Source: Candidatus Saccharimonadota bacterium
Lineage (GTDB): Bacteria; Patescibacteriota; Saccharimonadia; Saccharimonadales; UBA4665
Assembly: GCA_002952755.1 (NCBI GenBank)
Contig: CP025011.1
Location: forward strand, 510,001-542,000
Direction of reading: 5' to 3'
DNA length: 32,000 bases
Both the position numbers and the translations under genes were made by a program. Below are positions 7,749 to 14,831 of this stretch, piece by piece. The notes below the pieces were generated by a model, which was given only the letters and a program-made list of their open reading frames with translations, made no database searches and had not been told where the DNA came from. Numbering within the stretch: position 1 is the first letter of the stretch; each line of letters opens with the position of its first letter.

Positions 7749-8021
7749 ATGCTGTTGGTACGTCGAGTAGTGGGCAAAAGCATGGCCCCTACATTGCAGC
7801 CAGGTCGCCTCGTCTTTGCTCGCAAACCACGAAGTATCCGTCCAGGGGATATCATCCTTTTTAGGCAAGGACCCAAGGAGTACATTAAGCGAGTTGACCG
7901 TATCAATAATGACCGTTTATTCGTGCTGGGCGACAATCAAGAATTGAGCACAGACAGCCGCGAATTTGGTTGGCTGGATATGAGCACTTTGGTTGCTAAG
8001 GTTGTATGGCCGCGCACTTAG
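7749..8021 (+). CDS. sodX: NiSOD maturation protease (S26 signal-peptidase-like)
   Basis: The GKSMAPTL serine motif and GDN...S.DSR motif sit in a 90-aa protein starting 4 nt after the sodN stop. Confidence 0.85.
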   Translation: MLLVRRVVGKSMAPTLQPGRLVFARKPRSIRPGDIILFRQGPKEYIKRVDRINNDRLFVLGDNQELSTDSREFGWLDMSTLVAKVVWPRT

Positions 8022-8082
8022 CGAGCACGCCGGTTACTACTGTATGCCAGTCCGAATATCAAAATTGCCGAGGCTCGCTAAG
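8017..8082. repeat. 10-bp inverted repeat with a 46-nt spacer between convergent sodX and the ABC permease
   Basis: CTTAGCGAGC (8017-8026, overlapping the sodX stop codon) pairs with GCTCGCTAAG (8073-8082). Confidence 0.45.
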
Positions 8083-8122
8083 CTAGTCGTAACAAAAATA
8101 GTATCCGACACAGACAGCACTC

Positions 8123-8926
8123 TTAGTTGTGACTTGGCCGAAGTATGATGGCTACTATAAAAAGTATGAGCGCTGTGAGTACAATCGTGCCTCCGGCTGC
8201 TAAGTCGAGATAAAAAGAAGCAAATAGGCCACTCACTACTGCTACTAATCCAATAAGTACGGCATATACAGCCGTTTGCTTAAAGCTGTGAGCTAATTGG
8301 GAGGCGGCAGCAACGGGGATAACGGTAAGCGCACCAATCAGGAGACCCCCTACAATTCGGAGAGACACTACTACCATCACGGCTGTGAGGATAATCAGTA
8401 CCTGATTGATGAGATTCACTGGTAAGCCACTGGCCCGTGCTTGTTCTTCATTAAAAGAAGTGTAGGCGAGCTGTTGGTAGAGGCAGGTGACGGTTGCGAG
8501 CACCGCGAGAGTTAGTCCGCCGATAAGCCATAGATCGTTGGCAGAAACGGTGGTAATACTCCCGAACAGGAACGACAGTAGATCGACGTTCACTTTATTG
8601 GAAAGACCGATAAGTACGACAGCAATGGCTAGCCCGCTACTCAAAAACATTGCCAGTGCAACTTCGGCGGTGACACGCCGATCAGATCGCAAACGCTCGA
8701 TGACGAAAGCTGCAATCACTGAAACCGCGAGTGCGCCGAGGAGTGGGCTAACCCCGAGCAAAATGCCTAGTGCCACCCCTGCCAACGAAACATGCGCTAA
8801 GCTGTCAGCAATCAGGGCGTAACGTTTGGCAACGACAAAAGTGCCGATGAGCGGTGCGACAATCCCAATAGCTACTCCGGCAATGAGCGCTCGAATCATA
8901 AAACTGTAGTGGAATATGGTGAGCAT
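8123..8926 (-). CDS. Metal ABC importer permease (ABC-3, ZnuB/TroCD type)
   Basis: Polytopic 267-aa protein with ABC-3-like sequence, in an operon with the ATPase and binding protein. Confidence 0.88.
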   Translation of the reverse strand: MLTIFHYSFMIRALIAGVAIGIVAPLIGTFVVAKRYALIADSLAHVSLAGVALGILLGVSPLLGALAVSVIAAFVIERLRSDRRVTAEVALAMFLSSGLAIAVVLIGLSNKVNVDLLSFLFGSITTVSANDLWLIGGLTLAVLATVTCLYQQLAYTSFNEEQARASGLPVNLINQVLIILTAVMVVVSLRIVGGLLIGALTVIPVAAASQLAHSFKQTAVYAVLIGLVAVVSGLFASFYLDLAAGGTIVLTALILFIVAIILRPSHN

Positions 8927-8929
8927 ACT

Positions 8930-9652
8930 TTAATGTCCGTGCAAAATAAATTTGCGCGTCTTCCCATATAGGTTGCTTAGGTAGTCTTTTTCGATGAAGT
9001 TTTTAGGTAGCCCATGATACACCAAGTGGTCGTTAATGCAGGCGAGCTTACTCACTTCATTGACTACAACATCGATATCATGTGAAACCATAATGATAGT
9101 AAGCCGTTGCTCCATATTGAGCCTGGCTATAAGCTGGTAAAAATCATCCTGCGCCGCAATATCGACACCTACGGTAGGCTCATCGAGGATGAGCACTTTT
9201 GGCTCGGCGGCTAAGGCTTTCGCAATAAATACCTTTTGTTGTTGGCCGCCAGATAATTCGCGCAAGCCGCGCTTGGCGAGATCGGCTATGCCTACCTGTT
9301 CGAGCGCGGCCGCTGTTGCTATCTTATTGTTGCGGGGTGCTCCAAAACTCACTACTTCTTTAACGGTAATCGGTAAACGAAAATCGCCACTGTCAACTCG
9401 TTGCGGCACATACCCAATGCTGTGCCAATTCTTAAAGCGGGGCAGCGGCGTTCCCCAGAGAGTTATTGTTCCCTCTTGCGGCTGCAATAAGCCTAGAAGT
9501 AGTCTCATGAGGGTAGTTTTGCCCCCGCCATTTGGACCGATAACGCCGACATAGTCGCCGCTCTCGATACGCAAAGAAATGTCAGTGAGCACAGGCTCGT
9601 GGTTATACGAAAAGCTCACGTGGTTTAGCTCTATGGCGGCGTTAGACATCAT
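8930..9652 (-). CDS. Metal ABC importer ATPase (ZnuC/TroB type)
   Basis: Walker A GPNGGGKTT, signature LSGGQQQ and Walker B ILDEP. Confidence 0.9.
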   Translation of the reverse strand: MMSNAAIELNHVSFSYNHEPVLTDISLRIESGDYVGVIGPNGGGKTTLMRLLLGLLQPQEGTITLWGTPLPRFKNWHSIGYVPQRVDSGDFRLPITVKEVVSFGAPRNNKIATAAALEQVGIADLAKRGLRELSGGQQQKVFIAKALAAEPKVLILDEPTVGVDIAAQDDFYQLIARLNMEQRLTIIMVSHDIDVVVNEVSKLACINDHLVYHGLPKNFIEKDYLSNLYGKTRKFILHGH

Positions 9653-10587
9653 GTACAGTGTAGCGCGGTCCTGAGAGCTCGCAAATTATCTTTTTGCACG
9701 GAGATATAATTTTTGCCCTGTGCGATTTCATCGTCGGTGAGACCTTCGAGTGGATTGAAGGCAATGGTTTGGGCTTGTGTTTCACGAGCGATGGTTTGGG
9801 CAAGTTTGGGGCTGACAAGGGTTTCGAAGAAAATATAACCAACATGATGTTGTGTAACGAAGTCGGTTATCTGCGCCAGCTTTTCTGGCGACGGCTCACT
9901 GTCAGGGCTGAGTCCGGCGATACCGGTAGCCTGTAAGCCGTATTCGGCAGCAAGATAGCCAAAAGCTTGATGTGAGGTGACGATATTGTGTGATTGGCAG
10001 GTAGTCAGGCCAGAATGGAAGTCGGCATCAAGTATCTGTAATTGCTTAGTATACCGCTCGGCATTAACTGTATAGGTTGCTTGGTGAGTGGGGTCGGCAG
10101 CAATCAGGCCATTCTTGATAGCACTAACCTCTTTGATTGCGAGCATGGGGTCCATCCACACATGCGGGTCGGTGGGCGACTGATTGTCGATATCGCTCGG
10201 GTCGGCCGTTTTAAGCTGTATGCCGTCACTGGCACGCACGGCAACGATATGGCGGCTGCGAACCTCGCTCTGTATTTTATCTGCCCAGCGTTCCAGACCC
10301 GCACCGTTATACACCAGTACGTTTGCTTTGTAGACTGCGGCGATGTCTTGCGGCGACGGGTCGTAATCATGTGGCTCGGTGCCTGGTTTTACTAATTGCG
10401 TTACTTGGATATTGTTGCCGCCTATCTGACGGGCAAATTCTGCCATCGGATAGAACGAGGCCACAACTTGCAATTTTGAGCTGCTGCCATGATTAGCCCG
10501 GGCATGAGCCAGCCACATACAGCCGCCAACGGTTATGGTAAGAATACACAGAGCTGCCAATAGGCGGATTAACCGCGATAATTTCAT
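9649..10587 (-). CDS. Metal ABC importer substrate-binding protein (TroA/ZnuA family)
   Basis: Signal/anchor sequence with Cys (TVGGCMW), metal ligand motifs EPHDYDP and DPHVWMDP. No His-rich loop, so Zn versus Mn specificity is open. Confidence 0.88.
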   Translation of the reverse strand: MKLSRLIRLLAALCILTITVGGCMWLAHARANHGSSSKLQVVASFYPMAEFARQIGGNNIQVTQLVKPGTEPHDYDPSPQDIAAVYKANVLVYNGAGLERWADKIQSEVRSRHIVAVRASDGIQLKTADPSDIDNQSPTDPHVWMDPMLAIKEVSAIKNGLIAADPTHQATYTVNAERYTKQLQILDADFHSGLTTCQSHNIVTSHQAFGYLAAEYGLQATGIAGLSPDSEPSPEKLAQITDFVTQHHVGYIFFETLVSPKLAQTIARETQAQTIAFNPLEGLTDDEIAQGKNYISVQKDNLRALRTALHCT

Positions 10588-10593
10588 TCCATT

Positions 10594-10622
10594 AGCATAG
10601 GAGCAGCAGGTAAAAACTGCAA
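10594..10622 (-). promoter_or_regulatory. Promoter of the metal ABC operon, leaderless spacing
   Basis: The minus strand reads TTGCAG-17 nt-TATGCT-6 nt-ATG (10587). Confidence 0.5.
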
Positions 10623-11248
10623 GTTTGTCGCAGAAATATCAACTTTTGCTATCGGTCTGCAGAATCACTCCTATCTCTATTGGCATAGGCAACTGTCAGT
10701 ATAGGTAAAAATCCTTGGGTAGCTACTGGCCAGTCTGGGCAAGGTCCAATGAGTAGCGTTGTCTGATGTAGGGTTGTATCTTGCGTTTCCTATTCAGACC
10801 CGGGATTAAGCGATGTGATCGCGACATATAGAGTACTCCTTCAGGCTATACATACGTTTTATTTATGAGGCGCCGAGCTAACTATATATTTATGTTTCAG
10901 GAGGTGGGTCTAGGGGGGCTGTGTTTTGCTCGGGAAATGCGTAAGATTGGTCCGCCGTCCTGTAAATCAGGATATTGGGTAAATTTGCGCGACAAAAATG
11001 CGCGTATACGCTCATTAGTGTCTGTAGTAGCACGTATATGCATTGCAGCCTCCTAACGATTTTGATGTCAATAATACTGGTAAGTACATTTTCCACCCTT
11101 ATCGATAAGGTACAAATACAATGTTACGGGCATTATTTGCAGAAAGCAGTGAAAATTTCTACATAGAGGCGACAGCGTTTACCTCAAGGTTACAACAGTG
11201 TAAGATGCTATACTATATAAAGGATAAGCGCAGGGGGTATTTCGACAG

Positions 11249-11911
11249 ATGCAGGATCTAACGATCGCTATTCGACCTTTGGCGACCAAACGTACGTTCA
11301 AGAAACATTCCATTCTGTTGTATCAGGGGGAGGTGCCGCGCACCGCCTATATACTGCTCAGTGGCATAGTAAAAACGTACAGTATTAATGCGGCCGGGGA
11401 AGAGCAGATTGCCTCCTTTGAGGTGGAAAAAGATATTTTCCCGCTGTCGTGGATTTTCCACAAAGCTTCTACAACCCTCTATTACCACGAAGCGCTGACC
11501 GACTGCGAAGTCCTAACGGTACCGCGGGATGCGCTGCTTCAAACGTTGGCCGCAGATGCTGAGCTTAAGGATGTCGTCATGGACTACCTTGTTGTGGCAC
11601 ATACCAGTATGTTCCTACGAGTGACTGCCTTGGAGCAGTCGCGGGCCCGGGAAAAGATTATGTTCACGCTTTATTACTTACTCTCGCGGTATGGCCAGGA
11701 GATAAAACCTGGCGTGTTTCGCGTCAGGCTGGCACTGACCCACGGTACGATTGCTAGTCTAGTAGGACTTACGCGGGAAACGACCACGACAGAACTGAGC
11801 CGCTTGCGCCGCGAGAAGGTACTGACGTATACAACCAATGACTACACTATAGATAAGACTAAGCTTGAGCGCTTGCTCGGAGAAGACAGCTTTAAGGATA
11901 TTATTCTGTAG
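11249..11911 (+). CDS. Crp/Fnr-family transcription regulator
   Basis: N-terminal cNMP-binding beta-roll and C-terminal HTH (TIASLVGLTRETTTTELSRLRREKVL). Confidence 0.85.
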   Translation: MQDLTIAIRPLATKRTFKKHSILLYQGEVPRTAYILLSGIVKTYSINAAGEEQIASFEVEKDIFPLSWIFHKASTTLYYHEALTDCEVLTVPRDALLQTLAADAELKDVVMDYLVVAHTSMFLRVTALEQSRAREKIMFTLYYLLSRYGQEIKPGVFRVRLALTHGTIASLVGLTRETTTTELSRLRREKVLTYTTNDYTIDKTKLERLLGEDSFKDIIL

Positions 11912-12013
11912 GCATCCGCTCCTGCCCGTCGAGAGGAGCGTTACACGCAGGCCAGCTTATGCTGGTCTGGCTGCACTACGCCTGACTCCTCTCGACGGGC
12001 AGGAGCGGATGCC
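11911..12013 (+). repeat. Conserved-core super-hairpin, copy 1
   Basis: A 28-bp perfect inverted repeat (11911-11938 / 11986-12013) encloses a 47-nt core, CGTTACACGCAGGCCAGCTTATGCTGGTCTGGCTGCACTACGCCTGA. The left arm starts at the last base of the crp-family stop codon. The element lies between convergent genes. Confidence 0.9.
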
Positions 12014-12034
12014 CAAAACTTATATAATCTGAGC

Positions 12035-12448
12035 TTAGTCGATGTTACTAGCCAGCGTGTTTTCAACCACTTGGAGTAATTCTTTTGGCGAGGCCCAGGC
12101 CTTAAGGATATAGCGGTCGGCGCCAAGGCCGTAGGCTTCATCAATTTCTTTTTGCATGTCGTAGTTACTAAAGACAATGACGCGCACGTTCGGATGTTTC
12201 TTGAGCAGCTGGTATTTCTTAAGAAAGCCAATGCCATCGAGTCGGGGCATTCGCAAATCGAGCAAAATAAGTGTCGGCTCATGCTGGGCTGCTACTTTCA
12301 AAGCTTCTTCGCCGTCGTATGCGGTATACACGGTATAGCCACTTTTTTGCAGGATCATCTGGTAGGCGTCGTTTAATGAGTGCTCGTCTTCAACGATGAG
12401 AATGGAGGGCTGTTGTTTCGTGGTCATAGCTGTGCCGTTTCGATTCAT
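12035..12448 (-). CDS. Stand-alone response-regulator receiver (CheY-like, no output domain)
   Basis: ILIVEDE...ILLDLRMPRLDG...SNY...K receiver motifs. Alternative start at ATG 12427. Confidence 0.85.
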   Translation of the reverse strand: MNRNGTAMTTKQQPSILIVEDEHSLNDAYQMILQKSGYTVYTAYDGEEALKVAAQHEPTLILLDLRMPRLDGIGFLKKYQLLKKHPNVRVIVFSNYDMQKEIDEAYGLGADRYILKAWASPKELLQVVENTLASNID

Positions 12449-12527
12449 GCCTATCTACTATAAGTATACCATCAGATATGCACAGTGAAAAAAATTATAC
12501 CCTTGGCGGCAATCCTTCTTTGCTTTA

Positions 12528-14294
12528 CTAAACTTTTGTGGGCAGAATAATCGTAAGGGTCGAGCCTTTTCCCTGCTTGGAGTCAACGACTATGGCGCCT
12601 CCGTGCAGCTCGACCAGGTGTTTGGCCAGATATAAACCTATACCAGTACCACCGACATGCTGGCTCATTTCGTTTGGCAGACGGGTGAATTGCTTAAACA
12701 TTTCCCGTTGGTCATGCTTGGCAATGCCGACGCCGTTATCGGTAATGCGAATATAGGTATGCCCAATACGCTGGAAAAGCCTTATGCCGATTTTGCCGCT
12801 GCTGGGAGTGTACTTAATTGCGTTGCTGAGAACGTTTTCGATAGCCATGCGGAGCATGTGGGAGTCGGCCTGTATGATGACTGGCTTTTTAGGTAGTTCC
12901 AGTTTGAGGCCGTGATTGGCGGCCTGAATATCAGGACGCTGTTCGGTTACGATGTCGGTGATGAGTTCGTTCAGATCGGTTGGTGTGGGTGCTAGGACGA
13001 TGCGCCCGGCATCGATTTTCGCCAGGTGCAAGATCTCGTTAATAATCTGCAATTGGCGGTCGTTGCTGGCGTAGGCTTTTTCGAGTAGTGTTGTTTGCTC
13101 GGTAGTGATGTGTCCGGCAAAACCCTGTAAAACCATGCCGACGTACTGTTTCACTCCTGTTGCCGGGGTCCGAAGCTGGTGAGATGCCAGTGACAGCAGT
13201 TCATCCTTGGCCAGTTCTACGGCACGTTCCTTTTGGACGGTTAGTTCTTGTGAGCGGGCCCGTAGTAGCAAGAGGACGATGACACCAATGAGCACTGCCA
13301 CAAAGGTACCGGAAAAGAGAATGCCCGCTGGACGCTTACTCTCAATAGAACTTACTAAGCCATTTTTATCAAAGGCATATTGCATATCCCAGGTCTCGCC
13401 ATAAAGCGTCAAATGCCGGCTCACGAGGATGCGGCTATTCTTTTTGAGTATAGCTTCGAAATGGGGTGACTGGTAGAGGTTGGTATGTGCCCCCTCGCCC
13501 TGTACTGCAATTCGAAAACCGGCATTTGCGCTGTCAGTACCTTTACCGATTCCACCGAAAAAGACATCGGCTCGAAACGCGGCGAAGGTATAGCCGAGAA
13601 TGGCACTGCGCCGTTCGTGAATGTTGCTGATTGGCAGATCTACCCGGTAGTAAGGTATGTACATGTTAAATCCAATTGTCGTCCCGTCGGCTGATCCGGC
13701 CGCAGCGAGCCCTCCGGTAATCGTCGTCATCCCGCTGTCCTCTGCATGGAGCAAGGCAGCTTTACGCGATGGATCCGAGTACATATTAAATCCGTAAGGA
13801 ATCTGACCATGCGAAGCTACTAACTGGACATAGGTGAGCGGCGCATAGACCGTATCTGACGATGAGATCGGTTGGATGGTAAAGTTAGGAACTCCCTGCG
13901 ACGCCATATATGCTGCGAGCCCAGGAGCTTGGTCGGGTGTTGTCAGCCGGATGAAGCCAATACCTTGTACACCGGGATAGTTCTGGTTTAGCTGGAAGGC
14001 TTGCAGGTAATGCGTCCAATCGGCTCGAGTCACCTCATCCGAACCTTGCAGCAGGCCGACGCCCCCTTGCAAGATCTCTTCGTATGCGGCCATGCTGCTT
14101 TCAATAGATTGTTCGGTGCTGTGCACATGCATATTGGCCGCAGTAGTTATGCCTTGATTGAGCGAAGTGCGGGCAGCGCTCCAGCCGAATACCGTTGCAA
14201 TCAATATAGCTAATACGATAACTGCCGGCGGAAAATATAATGAATGATACATAGCCGTCGTTCCAAAACGTACACGCTTGCTGTAAAGCCTCAT
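12528..14294 (-). CDS. Sensor histidine kinase with an extracytoplasmic CHASE domain
   Basis: Two TM helices flank a CHASE-like domain (GFNMYSDPSRKAALLHAEDSG). HisKA motif SHQLRTPATG and HATPase N/G boxes are present. Start set to ATG 14294 (track gives 14330), which lies 7 nt downstream of a TATACT hexamer. Confidence 0.85.
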   Translation of the reverse strand: MRLYSKRVRFGTTAMYHSLYFPPAVIVLAILIATVFGWSAARTSLNQGITTAANMHVHSTEQSIESSMAAYEEILQGGVGLLQGSDEVTRADWTHYLQAFQLNQNYPGVQGIGFIRLTTPDQAPGLAAYMASQGVPNFTIQPISSSDTVYAPLTYVQLVASHGQIPYGFNMYSDPSRKAALLHAEDSGMTTITGGLAAAGSADGTTIGFNMYIPYYRVDLPISNIHERRSAILGYTFAAFRADVFFGGIGKGTDSANAGFRIAVQGEGAHTNLYQSPHFEAILKKNSRILVSRHLTLYGETWDMQYAFDKNGLVSSIESKRPAGILFSGTFVAVLIGVIVLLLLRARSQELTVQKERAVELAKDELLSLASHQLRTPATGVKQYVGMVLQGFAGHITTEQTTLLEKAYASNDRQLQIINEILHLAKIDAGRIVLAPTPTDLNELITDIVTEQRPDIQAANHGLKLELPKKPVIIQADSHMLRMAIENVLSNAIKYTPSSGKIGIRLFQRIGHTYIRITDNGVGIAKHDQREMFKQFTRLPNEMSQHVGGTGIGLYLAKHLVELHGGAIVVDSKQGKGSTLTIILPTKV

Positions 14295-14301
14295 GCATCT
14301 A

Positions 14302-14307
14302 AGTATA
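14302..14307 (-). promoter_or_regulatory. -10 hexamer for the histidine kinase, leaderless spacing
   Basis: TATACT-7 nt-ATG 14294. Confidence 0.4.
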
Positions 14308-14429
14308 GACCGCTCTCGCTGAACCCGCACCTAGGTCATCTTAAAATCATGGCAGCGGGGAGGAGGTTTTGCTACACTAGGGTTAGCATAATCTATGGCA
14401 GATCTTAAAGAGTAATATTAAGGGTGGAG

Positions 14430-14831
14430 ATGCCTAAGAATATATTTATACGCTATATATTGGTTGGCGGAACGGCTTATGTGATCGAGATGGGCTCGCT
14501 CTTTGTGCTGCGCTACGGTCTTGATCTGAGCCCTCTCGTATCGGCAGCCTGTAGTTTTTGGATTGGTTTTGCTGTGGCATTTGTGCTGCAGAAATTTGTC
14601 ACCTTCCAGAACTATGAAAAAAAGGCTCAGACGGTTGCCAGGCAGGCGGTATTATACAGCGCCCTCACAGTCTGGAATTACGCATTCACACTTGTACTCG
14701 TGAAGATTTTTGCCAAATATGCCTCGGTGCTGATTATCCGTACTGCTGCTATCGCGGTCATTACTTCCTGGAATTTTTTTGTATACAAACGCTTTTTCCG
14801 TAATCGTCCGCAGGTTGTGATAATCGAATGA
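14430..14831 (+). CDS. GtrA-family membrane protein
   Basis: Four-TM GtrA-like protein (RYILVGGTAYVIEMGSLFVL...). ATG 14430 follows AAGGGTGGAG; the track starts at GTG 14424. Confidence 0.8.
   Translation: MPKNIFIRYILVGGTAYVIEMGSLFVLRYGLDLSPLVSAACSFWIGFAVAFVLQKFVTFQNYEKKAQTVARQAVLYSALTVWNYAFTLVLVKIFAKYASVLIIRTAAIAVITSWNFFVYKRFFRNRPQVVIIE

Noticed and set aside
8030-8075. The minus-strand translation gives NFDIRTG, vaguely like HAD motif I (FDxDGT). It might be the missing N-terminus of the truncated HAD gene, displaced by insertion of sodN-sodX
   Set aside because: The match does not preserve the catalytic DxD. A stop codon follows after four codons, and only about 100 bp are available where about 330 bp would be needed.
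8487-10395. Plus-strand ORFs inside the ABC transporter genes (8487..8822, 9189..9554, 9694..9936, 10042..10395)
   Set aside because: They lie opposite well-supported transporter genes with canonical motifs and are typical antisense frames.
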